From assembly GCA_000004985.1 (NCBI GenBank), contig GG738879.1: DNA of 64,000 bases. The stretch is one strand, 5' to 3'. The position numbers and the translations under genes were made by a program. Positions within the stretch are counted from its first letter, which is position 1. Each line of letters begins with the position of its first letter. The stretch comes from Naegleria gruberi. Lineage: Eukaryota. Below are positions 22,747 through 35,700 of this stretch, one piece after another. The notes beneath the pieces were generated by a model, which saw only the letters and a program-made list of their open reading frames with translations, did no database searches and was not told the origin of the DNA.

Positions 22747-22935
22747 TTTTTTTTGTGTAATTTCGAAATTGAAATTCGATGAAAATGTTGTTGTTGGCAA
22801 TCTACTCAGGTTGTGAGGAGGCCATTGGATTTTGTTTTGTAAAAGGACTCAACATGGCGAATGTTCAAACTTGAGACACGTATATTTTAATGAAATAGAA
22901 ATAAGATATTAAGGAGATTTTGACAATGAATGTAA

Positions 22936-23009
22936 GCAGCGATAGATCAGTTGGTTAGATCGTAAGCCTAACACGCTTAAGGTCGCGGGTTCAAGCCCCG
23001 CTCGCTGTA
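22936..23009 (+). tRNA. tRNA-Val (anticodon AAC), copy 2
   Basis: Sequence identical to the 10635 copy. Shares about 35 bp of 5' flank (atattaaggaga…atgaatgtaa) and the 44-bp 3' element. Confidence 0.9.
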
Positions 23010-23170
23010 TCCTTTTAGTGACATAAAACTCAACACACTCTTTTTTCTTTTATTGAGATTGACATTTAGCATCGATCTAAGGTTGAGCTTAAAGGTTGTA
23101 CCCTTTTTTATTTACTATCTTTATGAACTTACCACTTATTCTTTTGTCCTTATTGAAATTGACATGTTAT

Positions 23171-24157
23171 TTACATTAATGTACACTTTTTATGTTTATG
23201 ATACTCTTCATTGTCCTTAATGTACTTTTTCAAATCTTCAATACTTCTCTTTGGGGTGAAATGTAAATTTGCCGTGTCTCTGAAAAGTGTGTCAACATTA
23301 ATATTATTAATTGCACTTGTTTTTACAATATTGCCATAGCTGACCTGATACTTTTCAATCAATTCGTTCAATATTTTCAAAGCTTCATCTTCCTGATATT
23401 TGTCATTTAATTTGTCAATCTTATTGAGAGTGAATATTATTGGAAACATTTTCAAATCTACATTTCCTTCCATCAGATCCTTCAAATAATTTTCAATATT
23501 TCTAACAGATTCCAAATTATTGATATCACTCATTATTATGAAACATTGGGCTGATTTAAATGCCATTTGTCTAATAGCTTTATAATCATCACCTCCAGCT
23601 TTTCATCCACATTACATCAATCAACTTCCAATATACTTACCCATATAGAGAATATTCAATACAACATTAGCTCCATAGAGATTAATATCCTTTCTAAAAG
23701 AATCCTCAATCCTAGGATAATATTGAGGAAAATGACCATCCACAAATTGATAAATCAATGCTTTTCTTCCACTATCCCCATCACCACAAACAATAATTGT
23801 CATTTCATGATTTTCCTCTTTCTGGTGATGATGTTTATGATGATTATCATTATTAAGGCACATTTTCCTTCCAGAAGAATGAAACAACATCAATGCACAT
23901 CTCCGTAACATATTCTTTTCAATTAATTCTTGTTTAAAATCCAATAATTGCTCACTCTCATACAACATTCCCGAAATTCTCTTAATATTATTCCACCAAA
24001 ATGGTTCAAAATAATTGGAAATTTGATTGGATCGATATGTAGTAGCACATATTGTTTGTAAGGAAAGAACATCCCTCATTATTTGCTCATGTTCCTTCCC
24101 ATCCAACTTTACATATCGGAAAATGAGCAATAGAATTTCTGAAGGCAATTGATGCAT
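23171..24157 (-). CDS. F-box + Ras-like GTPase domain protein with C-terminal CAAX box; exons 24157..23640 and 23597..23171
   Basis: N-term F-box (LPSEILLLIFRYV…). GTAAGT donor at 23639 and gaaaAG acceptor at 23598 (42-nt intron) join …LNILYM/AGGDDYKAIRQ in frame. Ras motifs: effector YYPRIEDSFRKD, NKID (NKxD), SAI (SAK-like), C-term KKCTLM (CaaX). P-loop is divergent (GDGDSGRKA). The DTAGQ box is replaced by YMAGG (Asp57→Tyr, Gln61→Gly). Confidence 0.7.
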
Positions 24158-24477
24158 TTTTTTATGAAGGAATTATAAGTTTCATTGGATTTACAAATCA
24201 TCATCAAGCATTAAGGATGAACTAAATTTTGAATTGGTTTGATTACAAAATAATTATGATATTCTTTGATTTTCTTACAAGATCAAAGATTGTCTCATCT
24301 ATAAATAAAATAATCAATATCCTTCTTCTCCTACAAATTTGATTTTGAATTTCAAGGTCTGAATTTACCAACTATCACACAATACTAATCCATGCCACTT
24401 CAACTTTGTAAATCAATTTCCTTAAATGTATTTAGAGCCCGCCACGTAGTACATTCAATTCTCCATCCAGAAAAAAA

Positions 24478-26331
24478 ATGCTCAACTCATCTACAGCCAC
24501 TCGTTTTGTTGCCTCTTCCATTCAAAAGCTTAACAAAGCAGGCTATTCTGCTTCTGTTGCTTCACACCAAGCGCTCACCACCACCATCATGATACAACAA
24601 CAATCGGGAAGGGAATTGGGAAGAAATTTTACAACAACACTTTGTAATACAAATCCTAATACAACACCTGCTGCTAATACTACTACTGCTGCTAATACTA
24701 TTAATGGTGAACAAGGAAAGTGTCCTTATCATCACGATCAAAAGGTGAATCAGCCAGTAAAATCGTGGTCTGAAGTTCCTGGACCAAAGGGATATCCAAT
24801 TGTTGGTAATGCTATGGATTTTCAAAAGAATGCTTCAAATCTTTCAGATTTTCTCATGTCCTTGTGTAATGAATATGGAGACATGGTTAAATTGAATGTT
24901 TTCAAGTTTAAAATGCTGGTTCTTGCCAATCCATACCTTTTGGCTGATATGTTTAAAAGGGAGGAAAAAAGATCAAATCTTGACAGTTTCAGATATTACA
25001 AACTCCAGAGAAATCAAATTCTCACTCCTGTTGAAATGAAATTTGAAGAAGATTGGAATTCAATGCGTCAACTTTACAACATTGCCATGAAGCCAGAATT
25101 CCAAGAAACTGTTACCATTCCCCAATTATCTGAATTGAATGGAGAATTTATCAGAAGATTGATAAATAATTTGCAATCTGTTCCAGAAAGTGAAATGTAC
25201 AAATATGTAAATAGCTCTGACACAAATTCTAGATATGCCTTTGATGTTGTAATGAAAGTTTTCCTTGTAAGTTGTCAATTAGTTCACAAATTTCAAACAA
25301 TTTATTTAGGGTGTGAAAATTACAGATGAATTAGCAAGCTCTCTTCCATTTGACATTCGTGAATTTGTAAATTATTCAGTTAAAGCTACTGATGCTGCTG
25401 TTCGTTTAGATTCTAAATTTCCAATGTATAAATATTTCAAAACCAAAGAGTATGAAAGCTTTGAAAAATTGATGGATAAATCAACAGAATATGCAAAATA
25501 TTGCATTCAAAGATTCAAAACAAATCCATCACAAAATCCAAGATTATTAGAATTGATGCAAGAAAGAGCTAAAGAGCTTGATAGACCAGATGAGAGAATT
25601 GAAAGTGTATTGATACAATTTTTACAAGCTGGTGTTGATGTTACTGTCAAAATGTTGAACCATTGTTATCATAGATTAGCTCATCATCCTGAACTTCAAC
25701 AGAAGATTTATGAGGAATCAGTTGCAGTATTTGGAGAACCATCTATGGAAGAATTGACATCTGAAAATGGCCTTTCTCTTACTATGGAACAATACAAACA
25801 ACTCAAATATACCAGAATCTTTATTGAAGAGGTTTTGAGATTGGATTTATTCACTCACCTCGCCAGTGGAAGACAATTGACTCAGGATACTGAAATTGGA
25901 GGATACATGATTCCTAAGGATACATTAATTCTTGTACAACAAAAATGGGCCACCCTCAAAGACGAATACGTACCTCGTGGTGCAGAATTCATTCCAGAAC
26001 GTCATGAGAAAGGATCTCCTCTTGCTCCTGTTAATAATTATGTTTCAATGCCGTAAGTGTTTGAGTGTTACTAAAATATTCTTATTATTTGAATAGATTT
26101 GGAGTTGGAGCTCGTAGATGTCCTGGAGCTCGTATAGCAACTACTGAAATTCATTTGGGAATCATCAATGCTGTTAGACATTTCGTACTATCAAACAATA
26201 ATTTACCAAATTTCCCTCCATTCTCTCATGATGCTGCCTTACTTTTCATTGATTCTGACAAGTATCCACTTTATTTCACACCAAGAAGAGATCAAGTTAA
26301 GGACTTTGTTGAAAAGAAGGAAAAGAAATAA
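24478..26331 (+). CDS. cytochrome P450, mitochondrial clan; exons 24478..25266, 25310..26052, 26097..26331
   Basis: GTAAGT donors at 25267 and 26053; acceptors tttatttAG at 25309 and gaatAG at 26096 (43- and 44-nt introns). Junctions are in frame. Heme loop FGVGARRCPGARIA with Arg-rich flank (mitochondrial-type), PERF-like EFIPERH, ExxR in EEVLRLD. N-terminal presequence then …SWSEVPGPKGYPIVGN. Confidence 0.85.
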
Positions 26332-26380
26332 TTTGTTTCATTTCGTATTGAATCATTATTAAATATTGATTGTGAAAGGA

Positions 26381-27247
26381 CTACTCTTTTTGAACTTTTC
26401 TTAATCCCCCTAATCCTCCTTTAAGCATGGATGGACTGAGCATATTTCCCATTCTCATCGTTGATGGCTTGCTGTCAGTTGTTCCACTATTTGGTAGATT
26501 TGATTTTGAGATGTTTCTCTTTTCAATTTTTGAAATTACAATGCTGAGAATAATTAATTCCAAAAGTGAAAGTTTCTTATTCTCGAATACAGAATCATTA
26601 CTTGCATTCCTATAGTTCGATACTGGTTGACAGACATTTTCGAGTGCTGTATTCATCCAATCCTCCTTTAACATTAAATCTAATTGTATCAATGAAGACA
26701 TGTGATGATCTTCATTCTCATAGGATAATAGTACAATCTTATTATTTGGGAATGCCTTGATAAATTCCATAATTGGTCGAGGAACAGTCTTTTCTTCATA
26801 TCCATAGGCAAATATCATTGCAGTCGAGCAGGAATTTAAATCCATCATTGAAGGAACAATCAAGGCACTTATTAAAACACAAGGTCCATTCCATATCAAA
26901 TCCTTCATGAGTTTTCCAATGTACTTTCCTCCACGACTCGAACATAACAGAATATCTGGTTGATATTCTTTTATGGTCTTCTCAATCAGAGTAATACTAT
27001 TCATAAACGATTCATCCTCTTCATAATCATCATTCGATGAAGTTGGTTCCGAAACCGTAACAATTTTCATATCAAGTGCTGCGAATAATTCATCATTAAC
27101 TTCATTTGAATTATTTTCTAATAATATTGATCGGAATGAATTTAAATTTATTTCCTCCACCACCAATGATCGCCTATCCTTGTAGTATTTCAATAGGTGT
27201 TGTTTGAAAGAAAATCCAAGTCCCTTATCCAAGCATAATATTTTCAT
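26381..27247 (-). CDS. hypothetical protein (possible alpha/beta-hydrolase-like fold, FSH1/OVCA2-like N-terminus)
   Basis: Single ORF. ATG MKILCLDKGLGFSFKQHL at 27247 follows an 11-nt A-run (ORF track starts at an upstream Met, 27280). No clear GxSxG motif, so family uncertain. Confidence 0.45.
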   Translation of the reverse strand: MKILCLDKGLGFSFKQHLLKYYKDRRSLVVEEINLNSFRSILLENNSNEVNDELFAALDMKIVTVSEPTSSNDDYEEDESFMNSITLIEKTIKEYQPDILLCSSRGGKYIGKLMKDLIWNGPCVLISALIVPSMMDLNSCSTAMIFAYGYEEKTVPRPIMEFIKAFPNNKIVLLSYENEDHHMSSLIQLDLMLKEDWMNTALENVCQPVSNYRNASNDSVFENKKLSLLELIILSIVISKIEKRNISKSNLPNSGTTDSKPSTMRMGNMLSPSMLKGGLGGLRKVQKE

Positions 27248-27367
27248 TTTTTTTTTTGATCTTTGTGTTCTCAGTTCCATGACTTCTCATTTCCAATAGT
27301 TAAATGAACTTTGAGAATGAACATTATGAAGTTGTCTGTGTTAAGTTTTTACATAATTTTATTTCAA

Positions 27368-28665
27368 TTATAAACATGTGATTGTTATGTCAGAGTAAAT
27401 GTTATTAGAATTAAAAATTTGTGTGAATCGATTTGATAATTGACATAGTAATTGATTTTTCGTGGATAGAATCTTTGAAATCACAATGAATGCCATGTTT
27501 CCTCCAGAATATGGTTCTATATTAACAATGAAATCATTCCAATTTTGATCACTATTCTTACACAGCAGTGAAAGTTTGAAAGGCATTGAATTAACTTGAA
27601 CATTTGACTTGTAACTCAAAAAAAATATTGGCATTTCACCTTGGTGGTATGCTGTGAATGATTTGAATCTTGATTGACCATCTATTTCTTTTGTTATTAT
27701 TATTGTTTGATTATATCCTGAACTAATTGAAGATATTGGAGTATTGGGGAATTGAAAGTTTTCATCCTCTTTCACAGTGCACTTTTGATTTCTTTTAATT
27801 TCTTAATAATATATTCTAATCAACTCAAATGTTTAAACTGAGATAAACTTACTGAGCTTGTAAAAATTATTCGATTGTGTCATGACCATAAAGTAATCTT
27901 TTTTCAGTGCAATGTGTTTCACTCTATTTGCTCTCTTGTTAAAATAGGGAATCAATAATAATGAAGCAGAACTCAAAACTCCATCTTCAATTGGTACATA
28001 GTACAATCTATTATCACTTTCACCATTTGAGATTGTTTGAAAAAACACCATTGTTGCAGTGCAATAAATTGATTCAATATTTCCATAAATAGAAATATCA
28101 AAATCCAACTCTTTAATTTCAAAGTTAATTTGATTGTAAATATATATATTATTTTCGTTAGTTAAAATTAATAGGGGTAACAGTAAGAAGCTACCATTTT
28201 TGAAATATTTAAATTCTCTAATTTTTCAATTCTATTGAAATTGTCCTGTGGAAGTCTAGAATCATTTCCAATCCAATAAACATCTCTTCTACCAGTATTC
28301 GAAACTGTTAGAAAATATGAAGAATTTGTTGAAGGAATAATATCCAACACATCCAATCCATTTTCCCTTAAAAAAGAATCAACCCTTTCCAATTGACCTC
28401 GCTTTCTAAACATCTTGTGTGTTACGCAAAATCCCCAAATTTCAAATTTTGATTTTTCATTCATTGCATCCTTGATCATAAATAAAGTATAGTTACTTGT
28501 TGGTATAATTTTCCAAATTATTGGTTGAGTGTGCTCGGAGCAAGAAAACAATTCTTGTTTAATATTGGTGAAGAGATTTGTTGGAGAGTGGAATGGTTTC
28601 GGGTAGGATGTTGTTTTTGTCATGAATAATAAGTGAAATAATTGTGTGGATTCAATTCGTACCAT
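27368..28665 (-). CDS. hypothetical protein, 3 exons: 28665..28195, 28108..27853, 27801..27368
   Basis: Three consecutive minus-strand ORFs joined through an atg|GTAGCT…aaagAG intron (86 nt) and a ctca|GTAAGT…attattaAG intron (51 nt). Phases are consistent. No recognisable domain. Confidence 0.4.
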
Positions 28666-28766
28666 TTTTTTAAATCTATTAGTAAGTTCGTGGTCAACTG
28701 TGTGTGTAAATTGTAAACAAATTGCTTCAAAATCATCAACTCAGACAATAAATATGTGAAAATAAT

Positions 28767-31053
28767 TTACTGTCTTGGCTCCTGTTCAAGAGATAAATTA
28801 TACAAATCATCATCTGTATATCTTCCAGCCATGTAAATATTGCTCCATTTGGTTTTACAGTCGTGGAATGGATAATCGTATGGTTTCTTCTGATATTCTA
28901 CAATTCTCTTAATAATCGAAGCAAGTTGATAGCGTTTGTTAATGTTGATTTTCCCATCCCTTTCATCTGGATTACCGTCCTCAAAGAATGTCAAATCAGA
29001 CAATAAAATTCCCATAAATGGAAGACTTGGCAATTCGGCTTGTTTCATGGCATCTCTCAGTACCTTAGAGTTTGCACTTATGCTGACAAGTTTTTCCAAT
29101 TCCTTATACTGAACCATTCTTTTTTGAGAAACTAATTCCCAAGATTTCTTCAATCTGTAAATACTGTTCGAAAGGAGAGACATCATGATTGCTCTCATAC
29201 TGTGGAAATTGTTCAAATTTCTTAACACAAAGGCAATCTTGATAAACTTTTCAATTACTTTAGCTCTCTTCTTTGGTGTGTCAATGTTCAAAATTAAGAA
29301 TGCCACATAGATTGCCAAATGGTTACTTCTCTCAATAAAATTGAAAATATTTGGTGCGTTTTTTCTTCTATTGGCATCACTCCATGCTTGATTGAGACAT
29401 TCCTATAAATTTAACGAATCATTCATGTGTTAATTAAAAATCGATTAGTTTACAAACCTTTGGTTGGATTCTATTGAAAATTTCCATATCAATGACACAC
29501 ATTTGTCTTGCAATATTCATTGAACTGTCCATAAGTTGTTCCTCAGTATTGTCACTAATTGATAAGGAAGCGCTCGCAAATGACTCTGACTCTGATGTTG
29601 AATTGAAATTAAAGAGTTTCTTAAAGATAGATGTCTTGTTCTTACTCTTCTCCTCCTCCAATTGTCTCCTGAGAGCTTCGAGTTGTTGCTGCTGTCTCTG
29701 AAATTGTTGAGCTGAGAAGGTTTCTCTCTGTTTTCTCTTCATATTCCAACATTTTTGAATGATACTTGCTGCCTTTATCATTTTGCTGTTGGATATCACA
29801 TCATTGATAAAGTGATGAGTTTCATTCTGTAATTCCAAATCCTTTCTGAAATTGTAGAAGAAATTATGAATCCAAGCATAGAGAATTTCACAAATTCTCA
29901 ATCTAATTTCGAACAATTTCCTCTTCCACTCTTGGAAATCAACACAACCAACTGGAGGTGGTGTATTGAATCTACTCTTTAAAAATTTCAAAACCTCCAT
30001 CGATGTTGTAAATGATTTGTAAGTTAATAGGAATGTAAATAGGAAATCTCCATCATTTTCATGTGGATCAGTTAAAAGTTGGAAGACCTTCTCCAATGTT
30101 GCATATTGTACTCCCTGTGTAATGCCCTTTCTTTCAATAACTTGACAAGTTTCTCCCAAATCTTGATATTGTGGCAATTCAGATATTGGTTCTGTATAGT
30201 ATTCTTGCAATTCTTCCAAAGAATAGGTACTCTCCTCCAAATATTCTTGAATATTTTCTCGAATGGCTTGCATTTGCTTTTCTGTAAATGTTGGAATATC
30301 CAAAATTCTTCTCAACTGTTCCAACCAATACTTTTTCAAATTGGAATTCTCATTGGTTGTGAAAATTTCACTCTCACCTTCCAATTTCAAACAAAATGCA
30401 TTGATAAAACTCGAATCATCTGCCAATCCCTTGACAGTCCAATCATATTGATCAAATCTAATAATTCTAAACTCTCTTCCTCCCATTGATGGATCTGTTT
30501 GTGTTAATTTTCCGATAAATAAGAATTTACTAAAGAGAAATGCTTTCACCTGAACAAACTTTTCATCCCCCAAATATCTACTCAAATTCGAAGGTCCCAA
30601 TACGAAACGTAATTCATAATCTTTTTCCCATTCCATTTTTCCATCAATTTCTGCAGAGATAAATGATGGATATTCTTGCGAAATTAAACTAATCATTTCT
30701 TCTACTTTCGGATCCATCAATAAAGTGGACGATAATGTATCGTTTGGAGTTGTAGGAGAGGCAGGTGAGTTAATTTCTTCTAAAATGTCGTTTGACGATG
30801 TAGACATGAGGTTTCTGAAAGTATTTTGTTTTCTGTATTCCTTTCTTGTTGTATTCGAGTTTAAAAGATTAGTTCCCAACTTTATTTCACTTTCGGCTAA
30901 AGAGGCAGTCGAATGATGTGAAGGTTGATGACGTCCCCTCTGTGTTGTATCACTAGTGGTAGTGGTACAAGCAGTGTTACCATCACTTGGAGTGTTGTTG
31001 CTGCCCTTCAGTGAAGAAGTAGAACTTGTTCTTGGTAGTGTAATTTCTTGCAT
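28767..31053 (-). CDS. RasGEF (CDC25-homology) protein with PH-like and RasGEF-N (REM) domains; exons 31053..29458 and 29402..28767
   Basis: GTTTGT donor at 29457 and tttatAG acceptor at 29403 (55-nt intron) join …IFNRIQPK/ECLNQAW… REM: ATLEKVFQLLTDPHENDGDFLFTFLLTYKSF. CDC25 domain: …LNNFHSMRAIMMSLLSNSIYRLKKSW…LPSLPFMGILLSDLTFFEDGNPD. Confidence 0.85.
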
Positions 31054-31423
31054 TTTTTTATGTTTGTTGAATAATAAAGGACGGATGACATTTTCAAATT
31101 ACCTGAAGTTGCTATATTCGTCAGCTGTTTCACTCAAAATACTACAATCCCATTCAGAAGAGAATATAATTTCTGATATCTTGTTGGTAATATGTGACAT
31201 TTTTACAAGGTATGTGAATGGTTTGGTTTGAAAGTTCAACTATCTCACAAACACCAAAATTTACAATCTCATTTACAGTTTCTTTTTACGAGTTTACAGT
31301 TTACCAAAACCAACTCTAAATTGGCTTAATTCAGACTTTAAAAACCAAAATATTCTTCCTATTGCGAAAGCCACAACTCCAACCCCTCGTGCCTCCTAAC
31401 TACACATAATTCGCAACTACATA

Positions 31424-32511
31424 ATGTCCAATTCATTTCCATCTCCTACCTCGACGATTCTTTCTTCGGATTGCGCCAACACAAAGTTCTCTCCAGTACA
31501 AAACACATCAGCAAGCTTGCATGAATTGGTTCAACACACTAAAAAAATGTCAACAAGCTCTGCTCCTCCTCAACAACAACAACAACAACAACGAGAAAAA
31601 CAGCAAAAATTGGAATCTTCCTCCAAACCTGCTTCCACTGAACCTGCTTTACAATTAACCACTGGACCTGATTTAATAATTACAGAAAAGCAAATAGCTC
31701 AAGCATATCCATCACTTCCATTGTTGGAGAGACCTTTTGATATTGTGATTGTTTTGTTTTATTTAACATTTATATTGTCAACTGCATTCTTTGATTATCA
31801 CAATGTGTTGGCTCCTGCTTTGGGTGTGACAGTTAGGGATTTAATTGACAAGGATATTGATAGGCCATTTAATTGGCCTCCTGCACAATTTACCAAGACA
31901 GCTTTTAGAATTTGGGGAGAATATATTGATCCAGTCATGATCACTAATCCATTGTTTTGGGAAATTATGGAATGGATTAATAATATTTTCTTGACACCTG
32001 CCAATATTATAATGTCAATGTCATTTGCTTTTGGATGGAGATCATTTAGAAGTCTTGGAATTGTACATGCTAGTGCATTGATGTACAGTTTATTTATTTG
32101 TATTGGTGTCGGAATGTATGGTGGTGAAGGAATTGAATGTAAGTTACAACTAGTCAATTAGCTCATTTTATTCAAATTAATCAAATTTTCAATATTTGAA
32201 TTAATTTCTATATAGCCGTCAACAAATTCCATTTCTTGGTTGCCTATTCTCCATATATAACATTCCCAGTTATTGTCATTGCTAGATTGTGGCACAATTC
32301 TCCAAATGTCTTCTCACGGGAACACATTGCAAAGAAGAATTGGGTTGAAAAGGCACTTGCCATGATGTGGGCTTGTCATATTTTCTTCTTTGTTACATTC
32401 TGTTATCATTGGTTGTTGATTAACACACCATATGTTTTACCAAACTTTCCAAAATTCCCACTCGTTGGTGATTATCTTATGGAACTTGCCAAATTGGAAG
32501 GTCTTCATTAA
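31424..32511 (+). CDS. TMEM97/sigma-2-receptor-like (EXPERA-domain) membrane protein; exons 31424..32138 and 32216..32511
   Basis: GTAAGT donor at 32139 and tctatatAG acceptor at 32215 (77-nt intron), phase 1, joining …GGEGIE/SVNKFHFLVAYSPY… Four predicted TM helices. WxxEYIDPVMITNPLFW resembles the TMEM97 W..E..DPLL..P.WF region. Poly-Q in N-terminal extension. Confidence 0.6.
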
Positions 32512-32752
32512 TTTTCTTTTGATAATTCATTCAAAGTTTTATTATTATTATTTATTGTACCACTATAGCTGACAAGTGAGTCTACTAGAAATAAACATTT
32601 CTCCTATTCGTGTTTTAATTTCATGTGTTTGAACAGTTTCAACTACTAACTAATTACTTGTTTAGCATCAAAGCTAAAATAGATATATTTGGATGTGGTG
32701 CATGTTAGAAACATTATATTTTCTAAAGACTATCGAATAGAAATTAATTTCG

Positions 32753-35700
32753 ATGAAAGTTTCAGTGAAGATGGTTCATATGGAACATGACAATATGAGT
32801 TCAAAATCACTTGTCGAAACGATTGTTGGGAATCAAAATAATAGCAGACCTAGAAAAAAAATGCTATCCACTAATTGCCACTATTTCTCGCTGAAAGTGG
32901 TTTTGCTATCACTGTTCATTGTTGTTTTAACACTTTCGAATAACTTTGATTTCGTCTCTGGTGAAACTTTCAATGTTTATTCGTGGGGTTTAAATCTAGA
33001 CGGACAAACAGGATTAGATTATCCAACACCAAACGGATTTACCTTTTCCTATTACACTCCTGTGGTTAACAATTACATGACTTCTATTTTATTCCAAAAT
33101 TCGAATGCACTCTACGAAAGTATCTACAACATCCCAACAAAACCATCCGAAATACAAATTTCACTCAACTCTATTATTCCAGGTCTACAGTTCAACATGT
33201 ATTGGCTAACTTTTACCAATTCGTCATCAGGCGAATCTGTTGATCAATTATTTTCGTGTGGAGACAATTCGAATAGTTGTGCTGGACTAAGAGGACCAAA
33301 GTTTACAACAGAATTACAAGTTTTATATGAATATTCATACATTTCTTTTAGAAGAGTTACAGAAGGAACCATTCCAAACAAGAGACTTCATTCTGTTGAT
33401 TGTATGGGTTCATGTATTGCTTGTACGAAAGATGGCTTTGTTTATACGAAACCAGTGAATCAATATTTTTGGAATTCTGTTGAAATTCCATCTGGTTTGA
33501 TAGATTCTCTTGGATTTAATGTTTCTAACAAGTGTGAAAAGGTTTCCATTGGTGGCACAACTTCAGATACATTTTTTGTAATGACACAATCAGGACATGT
33601 ATTCTCGTGGGGTGATTACAATTATGGAATGAGAGGCTATGAAGATTTAGAAAATTCTGGAGCTTCCCCATATCTTGTTTCGTCTATTTTCGGTGCCTAT
33701 GAAATTGGAGCTCTTAAAAATTATGATAATCCAGTTCCTGCTGGATTGGGAGTTTTGGCATTTCTGAACGAAACTGGATTGTTCGTTATTGGAAAGAATA
33801 GGTATGTGAAATATTCAATGAATATTGTGTATAACATTACATTAACATAGTTATGGATTATTTGGAATTCCACCTGATGACCTAATCAAATTAGTTCCAT
33901 ACATGTCAATTGACAGAGTAGCCATTGGTTCAAGACTTTTGAAAATATTTTTTGGTTATGCCACAATTTTGGCAACAACTGATAATGGAAGTGTTTATGC
34001 ATTTGGAGGAAATAATTATGGACAAGTCAATGCAGATCTTACAGCATTTATTGATGATGTGAGGCAACTATATGGTGGACAAGCTACTGATTGTTCTTGT
34101 TCACGTCATGCTTGTGCTTGTAGAGTTGGTGTTAATATTGTGACCTGGGGAGATATGTCAGAAAGGGGAAGGATAGTAGGTAATGATTTTGATGTTCTTA
34201 GTTTTGGAGAAAGTATTTCTAAATTTGGTTTATTGGATAGAGGAGGTTTTGCTATTTCAGATAGTAATAAGTTCTATTCTTGGGGAAGCAATGATAATGG
34301 TTTCTTATGTTTGGGAGACAAGTTTATCCAAACAAAACCCAAGTTACTATTCACTGCCAATTACAATTTGAAGCAATTGGTGAGTGGAGACTCTTGTTCC
34401 TATTCTCTTGGAGAAAGTGGTGGAAATGCTGTTGTAAACATGTGGGGAAAGTGTACTAATGGTTTAGAATTTGGATTGACTCCTATTGGTTTAACATCTT
34501 TCTATAATTTGACATCTTTGGATAAGAGTGTCAATTTGCTAGATTTGAAATATTCTCAAATGTCCATGTATAGTTTGCATGCTGCTTTCCTTTCAGAAAC
34601 TCCAAGAAAAACTTACACAATTGGATCAGCAGCTGACCACAGATTGGGAACTGAAGATTTAATTGATAGAAATGCCCTTTTCAATGTTGACACCCAAACC
34701 TTCCTCAATGATGAGATTATCCAAGTTTCTGCTGGTTTCGACCATACTCTTTACTTTACAAAGAATGGTTATTTAATGGGTTCTGGTAGTAATGAGTTTA
34801 AACAATTGGACTCAAGCAGTATTACTAATTTCACTTTGGTGAATATTAGTACCTCTGTTATCGAACAAGCTGGTGAACGAATTGTTCAAGTGGCTGCTGG
34901 AAAAAAGACAACCTTTGTCTTGACAGATGCTGGTAATGTTTGGGGAAAGGGATTGAACGACCAACAGCAAATTTATAATATGGTGTTTAGTCCACTGACA
35001 GAATTTGAGAAACTTGTAAAACCTGGTTCCCTCAATTTTACCAGATTGGCTGTTGGTAATGCTGCAATTATGTGTGAAAATGGAGGAAATGCATTTCAAT
35101 TTATCAATGGTGGTATGACTGCTAGGTTACTCTATCCAGACAAGTGTCAGGATGTGTTTGCCAAAGATGACATTTATTACATTATTACAACAAATGGAAG
35201 GGTGTATTCTGTTGGATCTAATGAATATAATCAAATAGATACTGGATATGGATTGGATGCTACAACAACCATTCCAAACATGATCTTTTCTCCTTCAAAA
35301 ATTGGTGGAATACCCAAAATGATATCTATTGGAAATGGATTTACAAGCGTGGGAGTTTTAGTTCCATCATTCACTTGCAATGGAAAGAATTTCAGTAACT
35401 CAACAGTTTGTAATGGAAGAGGATTTTGCTATGCACAAGATCAGTGCAGTTGTGAAACCAGTGGTTGGACAGGGTCAGATTGTCAAATACCGATTTGCCC
35501 AAACACTGAAAGTGGTCTACCATGTGATGGAAAAGGAACATGCATTGGTCCAAACGAATGCAAATGCAATACAGGATATTATGGAAGTAGATGTGAAACC
35601 TATTATTGCTTTGGAATTCAGCAGTTTTCATTTGGAAACTCTGCATTAAAACCATGCAACAATAGAGGTACCTGCATTGCACCAGACACTTGTCAATGTA

